From NCBI GenBank assembly GCA_965644265.1, contig OZ286473.1, forward strand, positions 52,266,001-52,330,000: a DNA stretch of 64,000 bases, read 5' to 3'. The translations under genes were made by a program, and so were the position numbers. The notes under the pieces were generated by a model. That model was not told where the DNA came from, made no database searches, and saw nothing but the letters and a program-made list of their open reading frames with translations. Source of the DNA: Glycera tridactyla. Its lineage: Eukaryota. Of this stretch, positions 37,998 to 50,836 are shown piece by piece. Each line of letters begins with the position of its first letter. Positions within the stretch are counted from its first letter, which is position 1.

Positions 37998-38514
37998 CTC
38001 ATATCTTTTATGAAAGTCCAAAATGTGGTGAGAGATTATATCTTCGATATTGCTACGCAAAGGACGTAGTTTCGTTGAATGCACCGGCTCCTCTTCTTTG
38101 TGAGCCGGCCTTGAAAAGTTGATATTTGACAGTAGCCGCTGCGCAAATATTTCTCTCGCACAATTTGCCTTCTTGTTATATTTATTTTGTTGAACATTCC
38201 CGTCATTTTTTATTCTGGAAGTAGCGCAATTGAATTCTATAGATGGCAGATGATTTGATTCGACGTCGTGCCACTCACTTTACTAGTGACCACTGAAAAA
38301 CCACCCTCGAGTTCTGTCCATTCTAAATAGATTACCTCAATAATTGGACCCGCTTATATTCTCACCAATGGGATTCATTTTCACTGCATATTTATTCCGA
38401 AAATTTGAATTTGTCCCACTTGTTTTTCCAGCATTCGAATTCTAGACTTGAAGTATTTGAGTCATACTGGATTTCCAGACAATTCTTTCAAGAAATTATG
38501 ACAATATACACTGA

Positions 38515-39107
38515 AAGTTAGTAACATGTAGTACTTCGGGAATATGGACTATTGTTCGGAGCTGGTAGTAACTACACAGTTACGGAGATGTATTATCGAT
38601 AGACTGATAGTAACAAGATAGTCACTGAAATGCATCGCCGTGAGTAACAGGGTAGTCATAGAAATGCATTGCTGTTAGTAACGAAAAAAGAGGTAGTCAC
38701 TGAGCTGTATTGCTGATAGTAACAAGATGAGCAATTACTTACATTGCTCATAGTAACGGAAACAGACAGAGGTAGCCCCTGAGCTGTATTGCTGATAATA
38801 ACAAGATGATCAATAAGATACGTTTCTGATAGTAACAAAAACAGACAGAGAAAATCACTGAAATGTATCGCTGATAGTAACAAGATAATCAATGAGTTAC
38901 ATCGCTGTTAGTAACGAAAACAGAGGTAGTCACTGAGTTGTATTGTTGATAATATCCAGGTAATCAAGAAGATATTTTGCTGATAGTAACGAAAACAGAG
39001 GTAGTCACTGAGTTGTATTGTTGATAATATCCAGGTAATCAAGAAGATATTTTGCTGATAGTAACGAAAACAGAGGTAGTCACTGAGGTGCATTGTTGAT
39101 AGTTATA
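38515..39107. repeat. Degenerate ~35-40-bp tandem repeat with a 75-bp dimeric period
   Basis: Recurrent gctgatagtaac motif. Near-identical 75-bp units gatagtaacgaaaacagagg...gatattttgct occur at the 3' end. Confidence 0.85.
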
Positions 39108-39394
39108 CAGATTCAGTATTGATTGGTCAAAAGAGTCAGGCCTGGTTGGCCAACTGGGTTGAGTTTGTACTCGTATGTGCGCATTACAGTGGAGACCTGG
39201 TTTGAATGAATCTCACCATTTATAACAGATGAGGTGTGGACCAGAACTGTGGCGTGTGTGTGGGAGGTGCTAGTGCTTGTGGGTGAGGTGTCAAGCCATG
39301 TAATGGTATGTATACTCGCTGTAACATTAGGCCAGTGACATCAATAAACAATAAGCCTAGTTCTGCTTACTTAGACTCCTACCATTCTGTAGCA

Positions 39395-39785
39395 TTGGAC
39401 GTCACGTTCAGACGTTTGATACGCCAGAGGTCCATATCTGGACGTCCATTGTACGTCATTGGGTCGTTAGACGTATTGTCTCTATTTTTGACGTCCAACA
39501 GACGTTTAATGGATGGCCTGATGATCGCGAAGATCAAACCAACAGCAATCGTTGCTTTTCGAATGTCCACTGGACATCCATTGGACCAAAATGGATGTGC
39601 AACCTTGTATACTCCTTCTTTATTTTGACATGTTTCTCTTTGAATGATTATCTTGCTACACTTACCCGATTCACTCCTAAGGGTAAGACATAGTCTATAC
39701 GACATACCTGGCCGGAGTATAAATAAGATTTTTCAAATCAAATCAAAATCCTCAAGGTCCACAAACGTCCAATGGACGTCGGCTT
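39395..39785. mobile_element. GACGTC/GGACAT-rich interspersed repeat, probably a non-autonomous DNA transposon
   Basis: Many gacgtc/gacgt motifs. The block gcttttcgaatgtccactggacatccattggacc is shared with 54361-54400 and, inverted, with 53930-53992. Confidence 0.5.
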
Positions 39786-41063
39786 GATATCGAGGTGGAT
39801 TCATTAGGATGATCTCGCACATCGAATGTTCAGTAGCTATGTTATGAAGCTATGGAATTCATTACACCAGTTATCACATGGGGGCATCAGGACATTCTAG
39901 TGACGGTAACGACTGTTGTACTGGTGATGACCATCGTCATCCCATCACTACCCCATATGTGTGCTATATTGAGACACATGCCAAACATCCAAACAGAATT
40001 GGATCGGATGTAATCAAGCCCTATACCCTCAAGCTTTTGACTTCACGTCAAGAAAACCTCTAACGAAGAATGGGTGGATGTCAGGCAGGCAGGCAGGTGG
40101 GCGTGTGATTAGGCAGTCGGCCAGAAACGAGATGGCGGGAAAGCGGAATGTTTACGAAGCGAAAGTACCTGTCCATTCAGACCCACCGCTACTTACATGC
40201 CTTAACAAGAACACTCTTTGCTACGATGGTAGCATGTTCTGAAAACATACCATTAATGACCATGTTCAACGACAATCCTTCCACGGCAGAGCTAACAGGG
40301 GGGTGGTGAATACAGCTCGCCGACAGTACTGACTGAACTCGACAACTTTGCCAGCGTGCTAATCTACACTCGCATGCATGCATGGCTATTCACGGCACTA
40401 TAGAGGTAGTAAACGAAGACAAAGAGTGACAACGGCAGCCTGGAAGCCCATGTTCTGATCCCATATTTCTTCCCTATCATTATTCCAAATGAAAATGCGA
40501 TGCTAGTCACTATTTTTATGAACAATGAACGATCAACATGAGTGCTATCTCATGATTTGGTAGTCTGCGTTGTTGCATAAATAAATGGTGTCAGCTGATG
40601 AAAATTTCCAGACTCTCACTCTTCCATATCAGCTTACGACAGTCCACAAACACCAACAATATATACTCCTTGTTTCCATTTTACATCAAACTAATGAAAT
40701 GACAACAAAGTTTTTAGCTTTGAATCAAGCAATATTTTTTCGATCTATAAAAGCACATCTTACATGGGGGGGGGGGGGGGGGTGAAATGCTCACATTTCC
40801 CTTTATTTGATAAGACACTTCTTATACAAAAAAAACCCCGTTGGTTGGCGATCACAGCCACCACTCTGGTCATAATATGGCAAGTCAGCTTACCATAAAA
40901 ACAACAAGATCACCGTTAGCACCAGCAACACCACCACGGCCGCCGTCACCGCCACTGATGCCGCCGCCAGCACCATCAGTCACTATAATGACTATCACCA
41001 GGATCTACTCAGACTGGACAGAACTCAGTGACCACTCTGATCACAATGTGGCAAGTACGGCGC

Positions 41064-41265
41064 AGTTTGATAGGAATCCTGCGCCACTCCTCGGCGCCAG
41101 TGCTAACACACCCAGCCCGATATGTTGGGCCAACCCAGGTTAGCACTGGACCAAGCATTGTCGTCAGTGCCTTTACAAAGTCTGAAGAACCTTTTCGCGT
41201 TGCGACCCTTTTATAGTCTATATTAACACTAGCGCCAAGGAGTAGCGCAGGATCTCTATCAAACT
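41064..41265. mobile_element. Fold-back element with 43-bp inverted arms
   Basis: Arms 41064-41106 and 41223-41265 are 37/43 identical as inverted repeats. The right flank ends in aggctag. Confidence 0.65.
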
Positions 41266-41787
41266 ACTCCGTGAGGCTAGGCTCATTATCCACTTAGTGA
41301 AGCTGCTCACCGACTTTTGACTTCAGAGTTAAGGGAACGGTTGAATACAGCCGGCCTTCCTGGAAGGGACAGACCGCGATTTAGTGGGGGACCAGCGGGC
41401 CTCGTCGCTTCTTGTCTGACTATAATCTGCTACGAGTCCCCCGTGCATCCAAACCCCAGGAAAACTTCTCTTAACATCCCAAACTCCGCATCCAATCTCA
41501 TGATTGCCACCTGGGGCCCATTTCACCAAGAATTTAGGTACACCCAATATGGCCTATACTATCGTAATTCCCATGATTTTCTTAAAAAATCAAGGTAGGT
41601 GAGAAAACCTGTTAGTGCAATTGGCCCGACATTTATCTATAATTGAATTCTTGCCATTCTGATTCCCTTCAGCGTCTATCCAGTTATATAGTCGGATTCG
41701 ACTTTCTATAGGTTGAACGGTCGTATGTGCAAGCGTCGGAAGTGATGGAAGGATTGTATTGTTTTGATTGATGTAATAGCCCAAAAT

Positions 41788-41971
41788 GTGGAAATGGATA
41801 TGTTGAGGTTTCAGGTCCACTTTCTGCACTTGAGTAGGCTAGATCAGACCAGCTGCCAAGGAGGAGCGAAGATGAAGGGTGAAACGTTCCTGCATGGTAG
41901 GACCGGGGAATGAACCCCAGACCCATTGCACACCAGCCCAGTACGCTACCACTGAGCCACCAAGGCAGGCT
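41788..41971 (-). mobile_element. tRNA-derived SINE, copy 1
   Basis: On the minus strand: A box TGGCTCAGTGG, B box GGTTCATTCCC, head ending CCA, 3' end gtggacctgaaacctcaacat. 9-bp TSD gcccaaaat at 41779-41787 and 41972-41980. Confidence 0.85.
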
Positions 41972-43421
41972 GCCCAAAATAGGAGAATGATATGGGTGAT
42001 TCAATACTATTTAGGCTGANNNNNNNNNNNNNNNNNNNNNNNNNNNNNNNNNNNNNNNNNNNNNNNNNNNNNNNNNNNNNNNNNNNNNNNNNNNNNNNNN
42101 NNNNNNNNNNNNNNNNNNNNNNNNNNNNNNNNNNNNNNNNNNNNNNNNNNNNNNNNNNNNNNNNNNNNNNNNNNNNNNNNNNNNNNNNNNNNNNNNNNNN
42201 NNNNNNNNNNNNNNNNNNNNNNNNNNNNNNNNNNNNNNNNNNNNNNNNNNNNNNNNNNNNNNNNNNNNNNNNNNNNNNNNNNNNNNNNNNNNNNNNNNNN
42301 NNNNNNNNNNNNNNNNNNNNNNNNNNNNNNNNNNNNNNNAATTGGCTTCCCTCCGCGTGAGGGCGAACTTTTCTCGAATGTCAGGAGAACAAATCGATTC
42401 CTTTCAATAGGATTCGAAGATCGAAATGTATTCAAAGGTTCTGCTGGGGTGCTGCCCAACATATCTTCTGTCCAAATATGCCCGAAACACGAACTACTCT
42501 GAGATAGGTCAAATAATATCATTGGAGTCAGGAGCCTATTGGAACGTACTGCTTCACCGACGCTTTTTGAAAGTATACATACATGTTACACCATACTTTG
42601 CATACATTATATCCTTCGAAAGCATGAATTGATAGTAAGTGATTGTTCAAACTGATGGCCCAACCAAGCCAATCATAATATCACGAAAATCATTTTCGAA
42701 GAGAAATCTAGGAATCAAAATTCTAACTATCCATGTCGACAAAATATCGTGACAAAACGTGAAATGAAATATCCTTCAGTTACTTCGAAATTATCCGACC
42801 GTTTTGGATTCCGAATCTTGATCCTCATTTCTGCGGAGAATTTCGCTGAATCCCAGAAGGTTCTCTAGCATATGGCATCGCCGTGAAAGAGAGAAGTTGA
42901 TTTGATCAAGAACACAGAAATGAGAGCTTACAGGTTCTTTAATGGATACTGCGGCGTAAGTGTACTTTATTGAGGGAAGGCGTTCCCTAGTGATTACATC
43001 AAATTCTATTAAATGGGATATATTCAGAAGTCCTGACACCCAGACCATAAGTAACCTACTCTAGGGGCCTGGCTTTGCAGGGGCGTTGTCGCTCATGATT
43101 TATAAATTTCATGAAAGGTCCTTGAAAACTGCCAACAGTGACCGTACCATATAAGCTAGAGTCAGAGCTGTCTTATGGGCATAAGACATGTACTACTAGC
43201 ATTCTCACCGCCACGTGAAATCGAATCTGCATTCTGAAATAATGAATCGGTGTGTAGCCCGATCAACATGCCCCGCCCTACCCCTTGCCAGACACATTTA
43301 ACTTATCGGGTAATCTTAAGAAATAGGTATCACGTTTAAGTGATTTGTTTCTAGTCTGACTCGTTTACATAGAATAAAAGACACGTTGGGACCTTAGATG
43401 CCTGGAAGAAACAAAATGCGA

Positions 43422-43880
43422 TTATTATCCCTAAAGGCGAAAGGCGCAGGGATACTAAAATTGTGGCCGTCCGTCAGTCCGTCAGTTCGTCAGTCTGCCA
43501 GTCTGTCACACTTTCATGGCTGCCCAACTCCTTATTCATTTTACATGCGATTTTCACCAAACTTTCACAAAATGATCATCATCACATTCTGCAGTGCATA
43601 TTGTCAGGCTTTCATGATGAGATTATTTCTTGGGATGTTATTGCCATTTTTTGAATTTTACATGTGTGTTATTGGCTGCGCAATTCCTCATTCATTTTAC
43701 ATGCAACTTTCACCAAACTTTCACAGAATGATCATCATAAGGTTCTCCAGTGCATATTGTCAGGGTTTTGGGATTGGATCATTTTTGTAGGAGTTCTTGC
43801 CCTTTTTTTGATTTTACATGCATTTTTGGGCATATTTTGGCACATTCACTATGTCTGTGTCTGTGAAACACCTCCCTGAA
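43422..43880 (+). mobile_element. Helentron-associated non-autonomous element (HINE/DINE-1-like)
   Basis: 5' hairpin tatccct...agggata (43426-43454), then a (GTCC/GTCA)n microsatellite, then two tandem ~156-bp units (43518-43673, 43674-43827). This is the established HINE architecture. The 3' boundary is uncertain. Confidence 0.7.
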
Positions 43881-44101
43881 ATGAACGATGCTTCCCCCAG
43901 CTTTGCTTTCAATGTTATGTAATCGTCTCGGAAACCTACGAGCTTCTGTTGTTCATACTTGCATTATGTAAAACCTATACAACTATTCTGAAGCCATTGA
44001 TTGTGACCTGCGTTGATTACGATTGGACACTCCTCTACTCAAACACAAACTTTTACCTATCCCCTCCCTTCTGTGTGTGCGTGCGTGTGTGTATATGTAT
44101 G

Positions 44102-44151
<50 letters not shown>

Positions 44152-44596
44152 CATGCCTACATGGACTTATTGCCCTTTGTGAGGAAGCAACCATGGCGAG
44201 GGATACACTGTCTGTGACAGATTCTTGTATATATATATAGATAAATAGATAGATAAATAAATAAATAAATAAATAAATAAATGGAAACCAAGCTACTGGA
44301 CAATGCTCGCCCTGACGTCACAAGTGATTGTGACGTCATGTTGCTGCAGCAACGCCCGCTGCCCGAGCGATCCAAATCGTCATTCGTAGTCGTGTCGGCA
44401 TTCTAGTCAGACGTCTTACCACGTCATGCATTATGTATATATATATATATTTATATATATATGAATCCTCAGGTGCATGGACTTATGCTTTCTTCTCGCG
44501 CACAATCTCATGAAATCCATAGTCAGTCTTACCTCCAAAGAATCACCCCATTCTTCTTACCTAGAGTGCCATCATCCAACTACTCAAGATGTTTTC

Positions 44597-44824
44597 GTTT
44601 GTTTGTTTGTTTGTTTGTTTGTTTGAGGTTTAATGGCATGTACCAACCAACAGGACCATGTATGCCATGTGTTCCTGGTCAATAAAAGCTAGATGTTCCC
44701 TTCCCTGCAAATATCACCTTCAAAAACCCTGAATACAAGATGATTGGGGAACCTGAAGGTTGTCAAGTGGAAGTAGCTGACAGTTCAGACACAACTACGC
44801 AATATGAACACAATGCGCCTGACA
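44597..44824 (-). mobile_element. Family A retroposon, copy 12 (inverted, 5'-truncated)
   Basis: (GTTT)n then gaggtttaatggcatgta...ggttgtcaagtggaagtagctgacagttcagacac. Degenerate 15-bp TSD actcaagatgttttc (44582-44596) and actcaaaatgctttc (44825-44839). Confidence 0.8.
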
Positions 44825-46320
44825 ACTCAAAATGCTTTCTTCACTTGTTCAGAATCGATGCATATCTATTTGCTTGTATGTCTGTTTGTATAGTTGAAAC
44901 TGTTCATCCATGCCTCTAATCACAAACGTTACCATAATCGCATTTAATTCATGCTTATTATAGAAATATACATTTCTCTGAAAGGTGTAATATCTCTGCC
45001 ACTGAACGAAAGTCCTTTTCTTAATCGGCTTCAAATAGCCTGTCAGTATACAGAGGTCACCCGATATTAGGACTCTCTATTCTTAATGGACTCTTATAGT
45101 AAAGTGAGGTCTTGCATGCTTCTGTATACTTCATTCGCAACCACTACGCACCTGATGTGCCCCCTACAACATTCACGTGCGCCTCTATTCGTCTACATGC
45201 CACTTTAGACACTCACAATGGTCTCGATTACTATCCTAAGATCCAGCCTGTGTTTGTAAAGTAGGCAATATCTCACTTAAAAGACATACCTCACAATGGT
45301 AATAGCGATGGTATTGGACAACTCCAACGAATCATTCCTCGGGAATGATCGAGGCCAAGTTTAGAGTGCGCAATACCCACTTTTGTAGATAATGGTTGTT
45401 TATATTGTGCTCGCGTAGGTCGCGTACTTGGTTGTTTGTTTTACCTCATTTGAGCAATATTCAGGCTATATTGAGACGCTTTTGCATTGGGTGAGGTCAG
45501 CCAAGAATCCTTTTTCTGGTTACACAATGGTGGGTAACAATTAGTCACACACACTTGAGGTGTCNNNNNNNNNNNNNNNNNNNNNNNNNNNNNNNNNNNN
45601 NNNNNNNNNNNNNNNNNNNNNNNNNNNNNNNNNNNNNNNNNNNNNNNNNNNNNNNNNNNNNNNNNNNNNNNNNNNNNNNNNNNNNNNNNNNNNNNNNNNN
45701 NNNNNNNNNNNNNNNNNNNNNNNNNNNNNNNNNNNNNNNNNNNNNNNNNNNNNNNNNNNNNNNNNNNNNNNNCGGCGGCAGTGATGGTGATCGTTTTTAT
45801 TATAGTGGTGAAATCATGTTGGTACTAGTGAAGCTCACTGTCCATATTTTCGTCATCGCCGTGGCAGTGTCAGTGGTGTTTCTAAATGAGATACATTATT
45901 ACCATATGACGAGTGAGTGGTTGTTATATATGGACAGGTGGTGCTGACACGGCTATATGGTGTGCTGTGATACGGAGAGGGGGAGTTCCAAAGCTGATGA
46001 CATATTCCGCCCATAGTTTAACAAGCGTATTATCATCTACTAATAGAAGTAATGCAAATTTGCAGGTCGGCCACCCAGTCAGTTAGTCTGGTCAATTAGT
46101 AGGTTGGTTGGTTGGTTACTTGGTTGGTTATGGATTTAAGTAGGTTTCAAGTGAAGCATCAGATCCGGATTCTAACAACTTATCTCACAAGATCATCAAT
46201 GCAATTTGAGCTGTCAGTACAGACACACTTCTCCATATACATGGAATATAAGAATATAGTGGTTTAGAGTCTGGTATCCTTAGCAAGTTCACCCGACTTT
46301 ACAATCACATTCCTTGGCAG

Positions 46321-46470
46321 GCCTGTTCAAGCCTGAGCCTTTCTCATCTCCCTGGGGAGTATACAACCACAGACAGAGAGTTAACTGCATGGGCTAAGCA
46401 CTCTACAATCACCATCACTGTCTATAGCCAAGTATCCATTCACAAATCGGTGAAGTGAAGTGGAGAAGTA
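46321..46470 (-). mobile_element. Fragment of a second SINE type (conserved central-domain-like body)
   Basis: Minus strand tgtgaatggatacttggc and gtatactccccagggag resemble, from memory, the tgtaaatgggtacctgg and gtatgctccccagggag motifs of CORE/Meta-type invertebrate SINEs. No head seen. Confidence 0.4.
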
Positions 46471-47104
46471 CAGAAGTTCCACTCAGTTACCTCCACACAG
46501 AAGTGCCTCATTAGTGAGTAGTGCAGATGAGACAGATCTGTGTAATGGTGCAGGTCGGGTATGGAATGGTGAACCTTGTCCATTTAGCTCACCCATCCGA
46601 GGAGGAGCCCTGCTCACTGTTGTGAACAATGCTGCTCAAATGAGAACCGGAGTGTATGCACCTGAATACCACACTTCTATTTTCTGGACATGACACAAAA
46701 TGCCTTATGTGGCAGATCTAACTATGTGATCAAAGTTGACAATTCATCCTGGTGGCAATGCATTAGAAGCAAAATCATCGACGTATATACTGATGAGTGC
46801 ATATATGAAGGCGGACAAGTGTCAGATGAGGACAAGGGGGTGGTCCTGAATACATTGTTTACATGTAAGTCAATGTTGTTGGTCAGTGAGAATGGCCCCG
46901 TGTCCTAACTTAGCCTATTATAGCCACAATTGGTCTTGTGATCAACACCTTATACAGGCAGGGAGTCATTACGTCACCCTAGACAACACCATACATCTGC
47001 ATAGAGCATAGCGTAGCTGCGCCCTCTCAACACCCAGTACAACCATGTGCCTAATAAATGAGGTCGACAGACTTCCTATCCCACATTTTCTTGTTTAATT
47101 TGGA

Positions 47105-47670
47105 TATATCAAGTATCTGCGGGCATTCTGAATTGGTAGATATCCAGTGTGCTAGATAGTTATGGATTCTGAGTGAATAGATAGTTTATTGTTTATTCAT
47201 ATATCCTGGAAATGAGTATGAGAATGCTTGAGTACTGTCATTAGACTATCTTGTCATTTTCTGCTTCGATATAGTCAATCCAGGGTTTTTTCCCTTCTAT
47301 ATAAGATTTTTTGTGGCTCACCTGAAACCTTTTCCCCCATCATTCCAGGATTTTACCACCTACGCCTAATTCACCCAGAAATACTACATATTCCCTTCTT
47401 GTTTCCAGTCTTGAGCCATTCTCAAGAGGCGAAGAAAGTTGAGCAAGGCCCGCTTACACGTTGCCGACAGAGGGGCTTATCAAACATCCCTAGGTCAAAT
47501 ACTCGGGGGGGGGGGGGGGGGGGGGGTTAGGTGGCTCTGTGTTCATGAAGCGAGGACATACAATGGGTTACCAGCGAACATCAAGGACACTAATAGTGAC
47601 AATGGATTTCACCATCGTCTGCGGGATACAAGGCAGTCACGACTCGAATTTGTGAACCAAGAATATCTAT
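47105..47670 (+). mobile_element. Decayed CR1/L2-clade LINE ORF2 C-terminus
   Basis: Peptide remnants SLLYKIFCGSP and RLHVADRGAYQTSLG...EARTYNGLPANIKDTNSDNGFHHRL resemble the GAKLWNSLPxxIKxxxSLxxFKxxLK tail of L2/CR1-type RTs. An AT-rich tail follows. Confidence 0.55.
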
Positions 47671-50000
47671 AATCGTTTTCTTAAGAAGGTATTCACTTGA
47701 AATATGGCATATAGTGAATGCGCCCTCCCCCCCCCCCCCCTCACCCAACGCGCTACCACATGGCTGATAATTTGATTGAGCAGACTTTATTATGTTATAT
47801 ATCAGTTTGTCCTATTCATTTCTGATCAATTCTTTTGAGTATCAGTATATATGTTTTGATAGTATGTGTGTATTCTAATTTGTGGCTTTTACTGCAACCC
47901 ACTGACTGCGATTGAATTTTGAACCCCACTCTCTTGTGCTTGCATGTGCATGTATGCTGAGGAGGATTATCAATGTAGCTGGTTTGTAGTCACAATTCAT
48001 AGTGCAACTCCTTACTCAGAAACATTGTTTTCAGATCTCAGATAGGTGCTCACACCATGACCCAGCCCTTGTGCTGTGTAGCCCATGCTTGTTTTAGTGT
48101 TTCGAGCTCAGCACCGGGAGAGGCTCCCAGACACCTTGTGTAGTTTGTGACTATTGGTCCAGTGTGTGCTTCAGCCTTACGGTATGCACCCATAGACCTC
48201 CGTCGCAGTCTAGCTGCAGCCACAGTCCTCTGAATTCGGGTCAGGTGTGAAGACACAACAGCTGCACCACACATAGTTACTGCGGTACTTTCCACTCTTA
48301 AGATCAAATCATATGCATCACAGGGATGTCAATGTTGACCAGAATCAGTGAATCAATTGCAAATTATGTGCTCCATACCTCAACATTGTACGCTTTTCTC
48401 CATGATTCTACTCTGGAAATGTATACTTTCATTCACCACACATTCTCGAAAGAGGTGTATTATATTTCTTATACTTCTCTGTCATCCTGACGGATTGCGA
48501 CGTTTCATAAGCACCCGAGTAACTGACGTACTGGCAGAACACTGCCGAGGTGATTTGCTGTAATATTTCAAGTGATTGTGGGTGATTGTGCGTAGCAACA
48601 GGCTTGAGATGTGCGAAAACCACTCAAAAATCAATCAGTGAGTGAGGATGAGAATGACACCACACACCAAGAACTTCATACCCGCGTGTTATGCTAGACG
48701 AGTGTCATTTGAAATGTCATAAATCATGAAGAGGAATAAGTGTGGATATCATCATCGGAGTGAGTCCTATAAAACGGGAACAATCTATAGTAATAACAAG
48801 AGGAGTGAATAATATAATGGCCTTGGCAAGGATAATAATACTGATGATAGCAGTGGTGATAATAATTANNNNNNNNNNNNNNNNNNNNNNNNNNNNNNNN
48901 NNNNNNNNNNNNNNNNNNNNNNNNNNNNNNNNNNNNNNNNNNNNNNNNNNNNNNNNNNNNNNNNNNNNNNNNNNNNNNNNNNNNNNNNNNNNNNNNNNNN
49001 NNNNNNNNNNNNNNNNNNNATGAGGATGACGACGATGATGACGACGACGGTACGATGACGACGACGATGCTGCTGCTGCTGCTGCTGATGATGATGATGA
49101 CCGTTGTTATAATAATAGGCACTGAGAACAAACCACACCAAACCATCATCGGTTCGCCCCAGCCGCCATTGTAGCTGTTGTTATGCCAACCGATTGTAGT
49201 CACCAATGAGATACAAAGTGGATTTTGGAGCGATTCGGTCGTATTAGCATTATTCGGCATCGATGTGTGAAGAATTCACCATGTGTGTAATCGGAGGCAA
49301 TAACTGGCTTCCCAACGTAATCATTGCATGGCTGAACCATCTGGGGAGTGTTCCAGAGTTCAATGCGTGCATCATACTAGCAATAACTTTCATCAGTATT
49401 CATATAGTGGAAACATCTGCTCCCTCTAAGACCGGTATCAGAATCTCGCCATTTCAACAAACGGATGATCAAGGGATTGAAGTATTCAGGCTCTCCTATC
49501 AACTTTTGGGGTTGAGGGTGTGGAGCCACAATATTGCATAATTTTGCACTTTGGTGTCATTTTGCGGCTCTACAAGTGCTATTCCAGACCATCTCATCAT
49601 GGTCTTTAACCGGTGACAAAATATGAAGAAAAATAGACACGCAGCTGCCTTGTGACAAGAGTAACAAGTGCACCGAGATATCTCTGGTTATTTTTCACAC
49701 GGCAGAGTCACTTAAATGCGCATTTGGTGCACCTCGTGTCACGTTGAACAACCTCGCACCCGTGACCTATCTCGCCTCTTCATCAATATGCTACCTCGCA
49801 CACACATACTATTCAAGCGCAACTGTACATATCCGAGCCTCTGAAATCTGTGTGATATTTTTTTCGGCCACAAAACAAACTGTAGGTCGAATTGCCCATT
49901 ATGTCATCGCTGCATTTCCTCAGATTCTTGTCCATCAGATCTATAAATCATGGTAAAATTGATTGGATCACATCAGTTATATCTTTTTCATGGCTTCGGC

Positions 50001-50836
50001 CAAGATTCGGTTGTTGAGAACAGTCTCAAGGGTCAAGATTCGGTTGTTGAGAACAGTCTCAAGGGTCAAGATTCGGTTGTTGAGAACAGTCTCGAGAACA
50101 GTCTCAAGGGTCAAGATTCGGTTGTTGAGAACAGTCTCAAGGGCCAAGATTCGGTTGTTGAGAACAGTCTCAAGGGCCAAGATTCGTTTGTTGAGAACAG
50201 TCTCAAGGGTCAAGATTCGGTTGTTGAAAACAGTCTCAAGGGTCAAGATTCGGTTGTTGAAAACAGTCTCAAGGGTCAAGATTCGGTTGTTGAGAACAGT
50301 CTCAAGGGGCAAGATTCGGTTGTTGAGAACAGTCTCAAGGGTCAAGATTCGGTTGTTGAGAACAGTCTCAAGGGTCAAGATTCGGTTGTTGAGAACAGTC
50401 TCAAGGGTCAAGATTCGGTTGTTGAGAACAGTCTCAAGGGTCATGATTCGGTTGTTGAGAACAGTCTCAAGGGTCAAGATTCGGTTGTTGAAAACAGTCT
50501 CAAGGGTCAAGATTCGGTTGTTGAAAACAGTCTCAAGGGTCAAGATTCGGTTGTTGAGAACAGTCTCAAGGGTCAAGATTCGGTTGTTGAGAACAGTCTC
50601 AAGGGTCAAGATTCGGTTGTTGAGAACAGTCTCAAGGGTCAAGATTCGGTTGTTGAGAACAGTCTCAAGGGTCAAGATTCGGTTGTTGAGAACAGTCTCA
50701 AGGGTCATGATTCGGTTGTTGAGAACAGTCTCAAGGGTCAAGATTCGGTTGTTGAGAACGGTCTCAAGGGTCAGAATCGGTTGTTGAGAACAGTCTCAAG
50801 GGTCAAGATTCGGTTGTTGAGAACAGTCTCAAGGGT
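50001..50836. repeat. 33-bp minisatellite x25 (CAAGATTCGGTTGTTGAGAACAGTCTCAAGGGT)
   Basis: 836 bp = 25 units + one 12-bp insertion - 1 bp. Confidence 0.95.

Noticed and set aside
46774-46785. YVDD reverse-transcriptase-like motif on the minus strand
   Set aside because: Bracketed by stops with no other RT motifs nearby.
48050-48307. Possible CR1-type RT remnant (HLTRIQRTVAA) on the minus strand
   Set aside because: Similarity is too weak to call without a search.
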